Positions 1-10,815 of a stretch of DNA of 64,000 nucleotides are shown here, piece by piece (the stretch's first letter is position 1; every line of letters starts with the position of its first letter). The translations under genes were made by a program, and so were the position numbers. The DNA is from Vulcanimicrobiota bacterium (GTDB taxonomy: Bacteria > Vulcanimicrobiota > Vulcanimicrobiia > Vulcanimicrobiales > Vulcanimicrobiaceae): contig CAWGBN010000006.1 of assembly GCA_963820825.1 (NCBI GenBank), positions 128,001 to 192,000 of the forward strand. The letters are read 5' to 3'. Below the pieces are notes generated by a model, which was not told the origin of the DNA, made no database searches, and saw only the letters and a program-made list of their open reading frames with translations.

Positions 1-1
1 G

Positions 2-1219
2 CTGCGCGGCGATCGCGGAGAACCACTCGTCGTGCGTCGAGAGCGATGCGTCCTTAGGCACGCAGCCGATCGCGCGGCGCGCGTCGCCGAGATCGCCGTA
101 GTACGCGTGCAGGTAGTGCAGCGGATGCGCCGGGTCGAACGCGATCAGAAATACCGCACAGAGAATTCCGGCGAGCGCCGTCCACCGCCCGGCGACGCGT
201 TCGCCGTTACGGCGCGCGAGTGACGCGACGCCCATCACCGCTCCGACGAGCAGCCACCCGATCCAGAGCGCGGCGTAGTGATCGCCCATCCGCCACACGT
301 ATCCCGAGTTCGCAAGCAGAACGATCGCGCCGCCGGGAAGCGCGAGCAGCGACCACCACGAGCGCAACGGCAGAAAGACGAGCGGCACCAACGCCTCGAG
401 AACGTAGGTCAACCGCCCGAAGGTGAGGATCGCGCGAGCGAACTCGATCGGCTGTGTGAACGGCGCGAGGACGAGTGCGAGCGGACCGTTGGCAAACGAA
501 TAGACGTAGAAATGACTCGGGACCCATCCACCGAATCGCGGCGTGATGAGACCGTAATAGACGCCGAGTGCCGTCGCCGCGCCGAGCGCGAGCGCGGCGC
601 CGGCGATGGTGAGTTGGCGCGGCGCGACGGCGACGCCGTCGAGCAGACCGCGACCCGGGGAACGCGCGCGTAGTGCGATCGCCACTAAAGTAACTCCGAA
701 GGCGACGAGCGTCAGCGCCGCATCTTCACGCAGACCGACGGCTGCGAGCGCGCAGAGCGCAAAGCCCAACCATTGCCGGCGATCGGCGCAGAGCACGAGC
801 GCGAGCACCAGCGGCGTAAAGAGCCCGAGTTCGTGGAACTCATCGAAGCCCAGCGCGAGCAACGGCGGATAGAGCAGCGTGACGAGCCCGAGCCGCTGCG
901 CGAGCGCCTTTCCGGCGTACGGGACCGCGAGCGCGGCAACGAGCGGCGCGCAGCAAACTGTCGCCGCGGCTTGGACGAGCTGCAACGGAAGGGCGCTGCG
1001 GGTCAGAGCGACGAGCGGCCAGAGCAGCGCGAGCGACGGCGACCAATGGTAGCGGAAGTGCGATCCCGCTTCGACGCCGTTGCGCATTCCGCCGAATGCG
1101 TCGTGGACGATCTGCGCAAACGTTCCGGTATCGGAGCCGTAGGTCCAGAGCCGGCTGCGCGCGACGGCGAGCGCCGCAAGCACGCCGAACTCGACGGCGG
1201 CCCAGATCCAGAGTCTCAC
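2..1219 (-). CDS. Polytopic membrane protein, DUF2079-like (GT-C-type glycosyltransferase candidate); runs off the left edge
   Basis: Not in the ORF track because no stop falls in the window. Manual translation from GTG 1219: VRLWIWAAVEFGVLAALAVARSRLWTYGSDTGTFAQ...SHFRYHWSPSLALLWP...GFDEFHELG...LREDA, with many hydrophobic segments. Confidence 0.7.
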   Translation of the reverse strand, partial: MRLWIWAAVEFGVLAALAVARSRLWTYGSDTGTFAQIVHDAFGGMRNGVEAGSHFRYHWSPSLALLWPLVALTRSALPLQLVQAAATVCCAPLVAALAVPYAGKALAQRLGLVTLLYPPLLALGFDEFHELGLFTPLVLALVLCADRRQWLGFALCALAAVGLREDAALTLVAFGVTLVAIALRARSPGRGLLDGVAVAPRQLTIAGAALALGAATALGVYYGLITPRFGGWVPSHFYVYSFANGPLALVLAPFTQPIEFARAILTFGRLTYVLEALVPLVFLPLRSWWSLLALPGGAIVLLANSGYVWRMGDHYAALWIGWLLVGAVMGVASLARRNGERVAGRWTALAGILCAVFLIAFDPAHPLHYLHAYYGDLGDARRAIGCVPKDASLSTHDEWFSAIAAQ

Positions 1220-1260
1220 GAGCAGGCGCCGCCGGGCGAGTTGACCAAGCGCGCGAATCG

Positions 1261-1812
1261 ATGAAACGAATCTGCGTCTTTTGCGGTTCCCACACCGGTA
1301 ACGACCCGGCCTACGCACGCGTCGCGAGCGAGGCCGCGCGAGCGCTCGTCGCCGGCGGTTACGGCGTCGTCTACGGCGGCGGCGGAATCGGCCTGATGAA
1401 GATCGTCGCGGATGCCGCCTTGGAAGCCGGCGGCGAGGTCATCGGCGTCATTCCTCACGCGCTCGCGCGGGCCGAGATGGCCCATCAAGGCTTGACCCAG
1501 CTTCACGTCGTCGATACCATGCACGAGCGCAAGGCGCTGATGGACCAGCTGAGCGACGCGTTCGTCGCACTGCCGGGCGGATTCGGAACGATGGACGAGT
1601 TCTGCGAAGCGCTGACCTGGCGGGAACTCCGCATCCACGATAAGCCGATCGGTCTGCTCAACGTGCTCGGCTACTACGATGCCTTGCTCGGGTTCTTCGA
1701 CTCGATGGTTACCCAGGGCTTCGTCGGTGCGCACACGCGCGGTCTCTTCGTCGACGCGGAGACGATCGGCGACCTGCTCGAGGGAATGTTCGCGGAGAAG
1801 AATCTGCCCTGA
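1261..1812 (+). CDS. LOG-family nucleotide phosphoribohydrolase (TIGR00730 type)
   Basis: MKRICVFCGS, VYGGG, MHERK, LPGGFGTMDE motifs. Confidence 0.93.
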   Translation: MKRICVFCGSHTGNDPAYARVASEAARALVAGGYGVVYGGGGIGLMKIVADAALEAGGEVIGVIPHALARAEMAHQGLTQLHVVDTMHERKALMDQLSDAFVALPGGFGTMDEFCEALTWRELRIHDKPIGLLNVLGYYDALLGFFDSMVTQGFVGAHTRGLFVDAETIGDLLEGMFAEKNLP

Positions 1813-1813
1813 A

Positions 1814-4800
1814 CTATTCGGCGAGTGCGGTCGAGACGATTCGATCCTGTTCGACCGCGTGCTGGCCGCGCATACCCTTCGCTCGGACTGGCACGGTAGC
1901 CGCGGCCGATATACTCGATGTCGAAACCGTCGCGCTTGCCCTCGAGCAATCGACGGCGAACGAAGGCACGCGCACCCATGTTCTTGGGCTCTTCCTGAAC
2001 CCACAGGATCTTCTTGAGATGCGGATAGCCCGCGATGAGCCGATTGATTTCGCCGACGGGAAGGGGCGCGAGGAGTTCGATCCGCGCGATGGCCGTACGC
2101 TTCAGCGCTGCGTACGCGGCATGGCTCACGAGATCGTGATAGATCTTGCCGCTGCAGAGAATGAGCCGCTCGATCGTCTCGTGGTCGAGCGGACGCGGGT
2201 CGTCGATGACCGGTGCGAAGCCTCCCGCGACCATGTCGTCGAGTCTCCCCGCCGCGCTCTCGGTACGCAAGAGCGATTTCGGCGTCATCACGACGAGCGG
2301 CACCGCGAGCGGCGAGCGTGCCTGCATTCGCAGCAGGTGGTAGTAGTTGCTCGCGATCGAGGGTGACGCAACGCGCAGGTTTCCCTCGGCGACGAGCTGG
2401 AGAAAGCGCTCGAGCCGTGCGCTCGAATGTTCGGGGCCGCCGCCTTCATAGCCGTGCGGCAGCAAGAGCGTCAACCGCGAGGTCTGCCCCCATTTCGCCT
2501 GGCCGGCGGCGATGAACTGATCGATAACGATCTCGGCGCCGTTGACGAAGTCGCCGTACTGCGCCTCCCACAAGACGAGCGCATCGGGCTGCTGCGTCGA
2601 GTAGCCGTACTCGAATCCGACGCACGCATACTCGGAGAGCGGACTGTTGCGGATCTCGAACGAGGCTTGCCGTTCGCTCAGATGCTGCAGCGGTACCCAA
2701 ACATCTTCGCGGCCGCTACCGTTCGGTGATGAGGAGCCTGCCCTGAGCGGAGTCGAAGGGTGGTAGACCGCGTGACGGTGGCTGAACGTTCCGCGCTCGG
2801 TATCCTGTCCGGTGAGCCGAATCGGCGTGCCGTTGGTCAAGAGCGAAGCGAAGGCGAGCGACTCGGCGGTACCCCAATCGACCGTACCTTTCTCGGCAAT
2901 CGCCGCGGCGCGCCGTTCGAACTGCGCGCGCAGCTTGCGATTGAGCGTGAAGGCCGGCGGCACGCTCGTCAGCGCTTCGCTCCAGGCTACGAGCTCGCCG
3001 CGCGAGACCGGCTTCAAGACGGTTCCGTCGAAGGTGTTGCTTCCCGCGAGCTTTCGCCCGGTAATATGCGAGGCCAGCGCGCCTTTGACCGCGCGGCGCG
3101 CCTGCTGCAACCGTTCCGTAGCCTCGTCGACCATCTCGCGCGTGCGCTCTGCCGTGATCGCGCCTTGGTTTACGAGCTTGTTCGCGAAGAGTTCGCGCAC
3201 CGTGGGATGATTCTTAATCCGGTCGGCCATCTGCGGCTGCGTGTACGCCGGCTCGTCTTGTTCGTTGTGGCCGAAGCGGCGATAGCCGATGAGGTCGATG
3301 AGCACGTCGCGCCCGAAGGCCCGGCGAAAATCGATCGCGAGGTGAACCGCAGCGATGCAGGCGTCGACGTCGTCGGCATTGACGTGCACGATCGGCACGT
3401 CGAAGCCCTTGGCGAGGTCGGAGGCGTAGCGCGTCGAGCGCGCGTCGCCGGGATCGGTCGTGAATCCGATCTGATTGTTTGCGATCAGATGAATCGTTCC
3501 GCCGGTCTCATATCCCGGCAGCGATTGCATGTTGAAGACTTCGGCAACGATGCCTTGGCCGGTAAACGCGGCGTCGCCGTGAATGAGAATCGGCACGGCC
3601 TGCTTGCGATCGAGCACCGGCGTACCACGCGACGGATCGGTCTGAAACGCGCGCGCGCTTCCCTCCACGACCGGATCGACGGCTTCGAGATGGCTCGGAT
3701 TGTGGGCGAGCGTGACCTCGATGGTCTTGCCTTTTGCGGTCGTAAAGGTGCCGGTCGCGCCGTGGTGATACTTGACGTCGCCCATCACGTCGTCGTCGCC
3801 GAGGTTGCCGCGATACTGCGCGGCTTCGAACTCGGTCATCACCTCTTCGTAAGGAAGATTTACCACATGCGCGATCACGTTGAGGCGCCCGCGATGCGCC
3901 ATTCCCAGCACCGCATGGGCGATGGCGTCGTCGGCCAGCATGTCGAGCATCTCCTCGAGCATCGGGACCATCACGTCGAGCCCCTCGCCCGAGAAGGTCT
4001 TCTGACCGAGGAACGTCTTGCGCACGTACCGGTCGAAGGCTTCGACCTGAGTGAGGCGCTCGAGGAAATCGATCTGCCGCTGCGGGGACTGCTTGACCTT
4101 ATTGCGCGCCGACTCGATGTAATCGCGCAGCCAGACGCGTTGGTTCGCGTTGGAGATATGCTCGATCTCATACGCGATCGTCGAGCTGTAGGTCTCGCGC
4201 AGACGCGGCAAGACCTCGGCCAAGGTGTTACCCGGAACTTTGACGCGCAGCACGCTTGCCGGAATCGCGCTCTGCAGCGCGGGCGTGAGACCGTAGGTTT
4301 GCGGCTCGAGCGATGCGTCTCCAACGGGCTCCGCGCCGAGCGGATCGAGATTCGCCGCAAGGTGTCCGTGACGGCGGTAGGCAGAGACGATCGCCATTCC
4401 GGCTGCGACCGCGCGCAGCATCTCGTCCGACGGCGGGACGGCAGGCGCACCGACCGGTGAGACGGCGGCCTGCGGTTGCGGCGCCGCCTGCAAACCGAGC
4501 GACGTGAAGATCTCCTCGTAAAATGCATCGCGGCCCTGGAGCAGCTCGTCGACGCGGCGCAGATACTCGCCGGATTGCGCGCCCTGAATCACGCGGTGAT
4601 CGTAGGTGCTCGTGATCTGCATGATGCGCGAGACGCCCAGCAGCCGCAGCGATTGTTCGTTCGCCGTCGCGAATCCGGGCGGATATCCGATCGCGCCCGC
4701 TGCGAGAATCGCGCCTTGGCCGGCCATCAAACGCGGCACCGAGGCGACGGTGCCGATCCCTCCGGGATTGGTCAGCGTAAACGACGCGCCTTGCAGATCG

Positions 4801-5777
4801 TCGGCGCCGAGCTTGTTCTCACGCGCCTTTGCGACGAGATCCTCGTATTGCGTGCGGAAGGCGGCGAAGTCGAGCGCATCGGCGTTGCGAATCACCGGAA
4901 CGACGAGCGAGCGCGTTCCATCTTTGCGTTCCGTATCCACCGCGAGACCGAGATGTACGCCGGGCTCGATTCGCGCCGGCGCTCCCGCTTCGTCGCGGCG
5001 GAACGAGTGCGTGATGAACGGCATCTCGTGCGCCGCGCGCACGAGTGCGTAGGCGATGACGTGCGTGAACGAGATGCGTTCGGAACGCCCGGCGGCGCGA
5101 ATGCCGCCGTTGAGTTCTTTGCGACGTGCGTCGAGCACGTCGACCGGCACGCTGCGAAAGCTCGTCGCGGTCGGAATCGTGAGGCTCTGCTCCATGTAGC
5201 CGGCGAGCACCGCGGCCGGGCCGCGCAACGGCCGGACGACTGCGCCGGGCGGAATCGGTGGGGGCGGCGGCAGCAGGCTCGCGGGACGCCGCGGGCTCTG
5301 CACCTGCGCGAGGACGTCGGAGCGCAGAATGAGACCGTCGGGACCGGAACCGCGGACGAGCGCGAGGTCGACGCCGAGCCGTTGCGCGATCCGGCGCGCG
5401 GGCGCATCGGCGATCGCTTCGCCGCGCGGGGCGGATGGACGCGGAGGCGGCGTTACCGCTGCGGGCGCGGAGGCACCATTCCCGCCGGGCGCGGCCTTCG
5501 CCGGTTTACCCTCGCTCTTCGAGGCGTCGATCTCGGCCAAGACCGAGCCGACGGCGACGCTCTCACCCTCGCGCACTAAGATCTGCGTCACGACGCCCGA
5601 GACGCTCGCCGGAACCTCGACGTCGACCTTGTCGGTCGTTACTTCAACGAGCGGATCGCCCTCGGCAACGAAGTCGCCGACGTTCTTACGCCACTCGACG
5701 ATCGAGCCTTCGGTAACCGATTCTCCCATTTCGGGCAGCGTCACGCTGACGAGCGTCTGTTCCAAAGCAGAACCCAT
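1814..5777 (-). CDS. sucA: Multifunctional 2-oxoglutarate dehydrogenase: lipoyl + E3-binding + succinyltransferase + E1 fusion; one extra base near 1868
   Basis: TTDKVDVEVP lipoyl motif, DHRVIQG, GMAHRGRLN, HGDAAFTGQG, WEAQYGDF, PEHSSARLERF. Removing one base at ~1868 restores ...EGYAGQHAVEQDRIVSTALAE* with the stop at 1814-1816. Confidence 0.92.
2734..2760. repeat. Short REP-like element inside sucA (GAGCCTGCCCTGAGCGGAGTCGAAGGG)
   Basis: Encodes the out-of-place peptide PSTPLRAGS. Shares GAGCG...GAGTCGAAGG with the element at 59018-59056. Confidence 0.6.
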
Positions 5778-5801
5778 CTTATCTTTTTGCGAGCCGGGGG
5801 C

Positions 5802-6283
5802 CTACGACGATTGGCCGTCCTCGGCGGCTAGAAATACCTCGCCGGGAGTGCGGTGGTGCGAGAGCACGTAGGTGGAGACGTCGTACGCCGCAGCGGGCGA
5901 GAGCGAGCCTGGTGCGTTCTGCGGCATGTTGTACCGAACGAAACCGGTCATCCGGTCTTGATACATCCGTTCTCGTCGTCGGGATCTGCGCTCGGGTCGA
6001 TGCGCGCGCGTGCGCTTTGCAGATGGACGTTGGTCTGAATCGGCTCACCCGCGGTATTCTTGAGCTTCAATTCGCCGATGCGGTACTTGCGCCGGACGTA
6101 GTCGCTCGCGGGATAGGCGAAGCCGAACTGCAAGCCGTTGAACGAGTTCTTGACGCTGGAGAAGAGCACCGCGGGCTCAGACGACGCTCGACGCGATGCG
6201 CGCCGCGCGGAACGCTCTGGGCGGCGGCAACCTCGGACACCGATGCAAGCACGGCCGAGCTCGCGAGAGCGTCTCCGATTCAT
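5802..6283 (-). pseudogene. Degraded chimera of a Tat-signal periplasmic protein and a TsdA-like cytochrome c C-terminus
   Basis: Fragments in different frames: MNRR..LASSAVLASVSEVAAAQS / VKNSFNGLQFGF..DYVRRKYRIGE..DPDDENG / MYQDRMTGFVRYNMPQNAPGSLSPAAAYDVSTYVLSH. No CxxCH remains. Confidence 0.6.
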
Positions 6284-6408
6284 GACTTCAGTTTCCTTTT
6301 TAGTCGCCCTCTGGGGCTCTATTTTCGCTCGGGCGGCTCGTCCCGTCGCGCCATGGCAAACAAACGTTCGAGGAATCACCTCCCCGTGGAGTCGAAGTTC
6401 GCATCGGT

Positions 6409-7275
6409 ATGGCCGGATTGGAGATCGACCCTACCGCGGCGCCGGCCGACCGCCTCAACCGGCGCATCTTCGTCGGAATTTCCACCGCGGCGACCCTGGC
6501 CGCGACCGCGCCGGCGGCATCGGCCGAATCGGCACTCGGTAAGACGCATCCGCCGCTGGAGGCCGAAGACGATACCGCGATCGCAACCGCCCACGTCGAG
6601 CTCGGCAGCGGCGGCGCCACCATCCCCGCGTATGCCGCATGGCCTGCATCGGCCGGTCTGGGAACCCCGTCGGTCGTCGTCATCATGCACATCTGGGGCG
6701 TCGACACCTCGATCCGCGACGTCGTGCGGCGCTACGCGAAGGCCGGACTTGCCGCGATTGCTCCCGATCTTTACGCGCGTTTCGCCGCGCCCAACGGCGA
6801 CGCCGCGACCGATTACACCCTCTTCGTTCCATATGCGAAACGGCTCGAACGCGAGGTTTGGTTGGGTGACGTTCGCGTGGCGGCGCAGTGGCTCGCGGCG
6901 AAATTCCCCGGGACCAAGACCGCGATGACGGGCTTCTGCATGGGCGGAAAGCTCGCGCTGGTCGCCGCGGTCGAGGAAGGGCAACTCTTTGCCGTCGTCG
7001 CGCCCTTCTACGGTGCCGTCGCCGACATCGATCCAAAGACGATTCACATCCCGGTATGCGGGAGTTACGGCGGCCGCGATACCGGCATCCCCGCCGCCGA
7101 CGTTCGTGCCTTCGCCGCCGCGCTGACCGTTCCAAACGACATCAAGATCTACGACGAAGCGGGGCACGCGTTCTTCGACGATCAGCGCGCATCGTACGTC
7201 GCTTCCGCGGCAGACGACGCCTGGACGCGGACGCTGGCCTGCTTTTCGAAATATTTGAAAGGATCGCAGACGTGA
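6409..7275 (+). CDS. Dienelactone hydrolase family protein
   Basis: GFCMGG nucleophile motif, AGHAF, APDLY. Confidence 0.92.
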   Translation: MAGLEIDPTAAPADRLNRRIFVGISTAATLAATAPAASAESALGKTHPPLEAEDDTAIATAHVELGSGGATIPAYAAWPASAGLGTPSVVVIMHIWGVDTSIRDVVRRYAKAGLAAIAPDLYARFAAPNGDAATDYTLFVPYAKRLEREVWLGDVRVAAQWLAAKFPGTKTAMTGFCMGGKLALVAAVEEGQLFAVVAPFYGAVADIDPKTIHIPVCGSYGGRDTGIPAADVRAFAAALTVPNDIKIYDEAGHAFFDDQRASYVASAADDAWTRTLACFSKYLKGSQT

Positions 7276-8435
7276 ATGCCATCGCCGCGCTCGCGCTCTT
7301 TCTGGCGGGCGGGGCGCTCGGAGCCGCAATCACGTGGCTCGTCGCCCGCTCGGAGAAGGCTACGCTGCGCGCGGCGCTCGAGCACGCCGAACGCGCCGGT
7401 GAGAAGACGATCGAATCGCTCTTGGAACGAGCGAAGAACGAGCTGCGCGAGACGACCGCGATGCGCGCGAGCGAACGCGTCGGCGAGCTCGTTTCGCCGG
7501 TCGCCCAGAAGCTCGGCGAGTTCGACCGGCTCTTAGGCGAGCTCTTAGGCCGCACGAATCAGCTCGAGACCGCGACGGTCAATCTGACCACGCAAACCTC
7601 GACGCTCGTGACCGCGCTACGCAACCCGGCCTCGCGCGGCAAGTGGGGTGAGATGCAGTTGCGCAACGTCGTCGAGAAGGCGGGAATGCTGCCCCACTGC
7701 GATTTCCTCGAGCAGCAGACGATCGCGCTCGAAGAGACGCGCGTGCGTCCGGATATGACGGTCAATCTTCCGGGCGAGCGCTGCGTCTTCGTCGATGCCA
7801 AGGCACCGCTCGATGCGATGCAGGCCGCGCTCGAAGCCAGCGACGAGACGGCCCGCAAGCAGTTGGTCAAGCAGCACGCGCGCGCCCTTCGCGACCACGT
7901 CGACCTGCTCGCGCGACGCGGTTATCAGACAGCGCCGGGCTCGGCCGATTTCGTCGTGATGTTCGTCGCGGGTGAGGCCTTTCTCGGCTCGGCCTACAAC
8001 GAGGATCCGGCGCTGATCGACTACGCTCTCGACAAAGGCGTGCTCGTCACCGGTCCGCTCGCATTGATCAGCCTCCTGCGCAGCTTCGCGATGGGCTGGC
8101 AAGCCTTGCGCCAAGAAGAGAATGCGAAGCGAATCGCGATCATCGGCAAAGTGCTCTACGAGAGAGCGCTCAAATTCTCCGAACATCTCGTCGAGGTGCG
8201 CAAACATCTCGAACGTTCGGTCAACGCCTTCAACCTCGCCGTCGGCTCCTACGAGTCGAAGCTGCTACCGCAAGGGCGCAAGCTCAAAGACGAAGCCTCG
8301 CTCGGCGGCGACGAGCTCGCGGAGATTCCGCCGATCGACGTGGTGCCGCGCGCGGTCACTGCGCTCGACGCCGGTTCGAGCTCGAAGCGGCTGCCGCGGT
8401 CGCAGCAGCTCTTCGCCCAAGACGACGCCTCCTAG
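7272..8435 (+). CDS. rmuC: DNA recombination protein RmuC
   Basis: N-terminal TM and coiled coil, RGKWGEMQL, RPD, VDAKAP, FVVMF. GTG start overlaps the upstream stop. Confidence 0.9.
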   Translation: MNAIAALALFLAGGALGAAITWLVARSEKATLRAALEHAERAGEKTIESLLERAKNELRETTAMRASERVGELVSPVAQKLGEFDRLLGELLGRTNQLETATVNLTTQTSTLVTALRNPASRGKWGEMQLRNVVEKAGMLPHCDFLEQQTIALEETRVRPDMTVNLPGERCVFVDAKAPLDAMQAALEASDETARKQLVKQHARALRDHVDLLARRGYQTAPGSADFVVMFVAGEAFLGSAYNEDPALIDYALDKGVLVTGPLALISLLRSFAMGWQALRQEENAKRIAIIGKVLYERALKFSEHLVEVRKHLERSVNAFNLAVGSYESKLLPQGRKLKDEASLGGDELAEIPPIDVVPRAVTALDAGSSSKRLPRSQQLFAQDDAS

Positions 8436-8480
8436 GGAAGCGCTGATTTAAGCCCATCTCTAAGGTAGGTTCCTGAATGC

Positions 8481-9047
8481 TCAGGGGCTAGCTATGGGAT
8501 TTGCATGGTCGGCCTTCCAGGTTTTGAGCGCGGTTAGCGTGTTCGCAACGTGCAGCGACGGGTCGAGACTCGTGTACGTATAGATAATCGTTCCGTCCGG
8601 AGCAATGACGTACGAGGTTCGATTCGCGTACTGCGGATGCTGCGCGAGTATCGCATCGTATGCTTTCTCCACCGTCTGATTCGTGTCGGCGGCGACGGCG
8701 AACTTGCTGCGGCATTCGCTGACCGAGAACTTTTGCAGCTTGTCGAGCGGATCGTGCGAGACTCCGATAACCGTCGCGCCGAGGGCCGTATACTGATCGA
8801 TGGCATCGGCGAATTCGTGGGCCTCGATCGTGCATCCCGTCGTGAACGCCGCGGGATAAAAATAGAGGACGACCGGACCCTTCTTGAGCGCGGCGTCCAG
8901 ATTGAAGGTAAAGGCGTTCCCGCCTTGCGTCGCTTGGAGGGTGAAGTCCGGAGCTTTGCTACCGGTCGAGAGCGCGGCGAGCGCCGGCGCGCTCAGTACG
9001 CCGATCGCAACGGCGGCAGCGACCGCCAGACGGAGCGAACGATTCAT
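8481..9047 (-). CDS. Peroxiredoxin (Bcp/PrxQ) with signal peptide
   Basis: YFYPAAFTTGCTIEA motif. Confidence 0.9.
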   Translation of the reverse strand: MNRSLRLAVAAAVAIGVLSAPALAALSTGSKAPDFTLQATQGGNAFTFNLDAALKKGPVVLYFYPAAFTTGCTIEAHEFADAIDQYTALGATVIGVSHDPLDKLQKFSVSECRSKFAVAADTNQTVEKAYDAILAQHPQYANRTSYVIAPDGTIIYTYTSLDPSLHVANTLTALKTWKADHANPIASP

Positions 9048-9062
9048 CGATCTGTTCCTTTC

Positions 9063-9602
9063 CTACACTTTGAACTCGACGCCGGAGAACTGGTTCGGAT
9101 CGTAGTTGGCGTCGCGCGGCGGCCGCGGCGTCTCCTTCCACCACGTGCTGAACATTGCGAGCCATTCGAAGTTCTCGAAGAGGTACTCGTTGCCTCGAAC
9201 GCGCCGTAAACGCTCGACGAAGGGACGAATGGTATTCCAGCGCGAGCGCAGCATGAAGCCGACCGCATCGACGAGGAGCGATGGATCGAGTACGCGTCGT
9301 CGAGCTAGGCAGGCAACCGTTTCGACGTACTGCGCGACGAGCACCAGCGCGTGGTCGTCCGGCGAGCCGTCGAACTCAGTGCGCAGCGTATCGTCGTCGG
9401 CATAACGCCCCCCGATGTCTTCGAGCTGCGCGAACGCGGCGAGAATCGCCGGATCGGTGAGCCGGCCGATCGCTTCGAGAATCGCCAGCGCGTTGCGCTC
9501 GTGTTCGATCTGCTTGTTCTGACGGGTCAGCAAGATGCTCGAAAGGCCGAGCGCGATGAGCGATATGACGATCGACGCTGCAGCGAAAATTTGCTCGCCC
9601 AC
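9063..9602 (-). CDS. Hypothetical protein with N-terminal membrane anchor (DUF4760-like)
   Basis: N-terminal TM; ETVACL and YLFENFEWLA patterns. Confidence 0.6.
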   Translation of the reverse strand: MGEQIFAAASIVISLIALGLSSILLTRQNKQIEHERNALAILEAIGRLTDPAILAAFAQLEDIGGRYADDDTLRTEFDGSPDDHALVLVAQYVETVACLARRRVLDPSLLVDAVGFMLRSRWNTIRPFVERLRRVRGNEYLFENFEWLAMFSTWWKETPRPPRDANYDPNQFSGVEFKV

Positions 9603-9620
9603 GCACCACTCCTTAGGAGC

Positions 9621-10769
9621 CTAAAGCCCCATCAGCCGGGCCAGGACGAGCCGCTGCACCTCGTTGGTGCCTTCGCCGATCTCGTTGATCTTCTGATCGC
9701 GGTACATCCGCGAGATCGGGTACTCGTCCATGAAGCCGTATCCGCCGTGGATTTGCAGCGCTTCGTTCACGACGCGATGGGAGAGCTCGCCGGCGAAGAG
9801 TTTTGCGAAGCTGGCGGCCTGCACGTAATCGCGCCCTTGATCCTTCTCCCAGGCGGCGCGAAGCATCATGAGCTTCGCGTGCTCGATCTCGGTCAGCATG
9901 TCGACGAGTTTGAACGAGATCGCCTGAAATTTGCTGATCGGCTTGCCGAAGGCATGGCGCTCGCGCGCATACGAGAGCGCCTCGTCGTACGCGCCCATCG
10001 CCAGTCCGATCGAGAGCGCGGCAACGGAGATCCGCCCGCCGTCGAGGATCGAGAGAAACTGCCGGTAGCCCTCGCCTCGGCGACCGAGCAAGTTCTCTTC
10101 GGGGACTTCGGCATCGGCGAATGAGAGCTCGCGCGTATCCGAGGCGCGCCAACCCATCTTCGCGTACTTTCGGCTGCGCGTGAATCCCGGCGTATCCTGC
10201 GGAACGATGACGTTCGAAATCTCCCGCGATCCGTCGGGTCGCCGCCCCGTCACCGCGGTGATCGTCGTTCCGCCCGTGATATCGGTGCCGGAGTTAGTGA
10301 TGAAGGCCTTCGTGCCGTTGACGACCCACTTGCCGTGGCGCAGCTCCGCCTTGGTCTGCACGTTGCCGGCATCGCTTCCGGCGCTCGGCTCGGTGAGACC
10401 GAATCCCCACAACATCTCGCCGCGCGCGAGCGGCACGAGATACTTCTGCTTCTGCGCTTCGGTGCCGAATAGGTAGAACGGCGTGGCTCCGAGCGAGACG
10501 TGCGCGGCCATCGTAATCGCGGTCGAGGCGTCGGCGCGAGCGATCTCCATCACGGCGAGCGCGTAGCTGACCGTGTCGCCGCCGGCGCCGCCGTACTCTT
10601 CGGGAAAGGGCAGACCCATAAAGCCCAGCTCGGCCAACTTCGCGACCAATTCATACGGGAATCGCTCGTTGCGATCCATCTCTTCGGCGCGTGGCCGAAC
10701 CTCGTCACGCGCAAACTCGCGCGCCAGGCCCTGGATGGCCTTTTGCTCGTCGGTTAAATCGAAGTCCAT
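9621..10769 (-). CDS. Acyl-CoA dehydrogenase
   Basis: LTEPSAGSD, NGTKAFITN, QIHGGYGF, IGEGTNEVQR. Confidence 0.95.
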   Translation of the reverse strand: MDFDLTDEQKAIQGLAREFARDEVRPRAEEMDRNERFPYELVAKLAELGFMGLPFPEEYGGAGGDTVSYALAVMEIARADASTAITMAAHVSLGATPFYLFGTEAQKQKYLVPLARGEMLWGFGLTEPSAGSDAGNVQTKAELRHGKWVVNGTKAFITNSGTDITGGTTITAVTGRRPDGSREISNVIVPQDTPGFTRSRKYAKMGWRASDTRELSFADAEVPEENLLGRRGEGYRQFLSILDGGRISVAALSIGLAMGAYDEALSYARERHAFGKPISKFQAISFKLVDMLTEIEHAKLMMLRAAWEKDQGRDYVQAASFAKLFAGELSHRVVNEALQIHGGYGFMDEYPISRMYRDQKINEIGEGTNEVQRLVLARLMGL

Positions 10770-10815
10770 GGCAAAGGTATAGCCCCTGTCCCTTGCTAAA
10801 CCTCCTACCTCAGCG

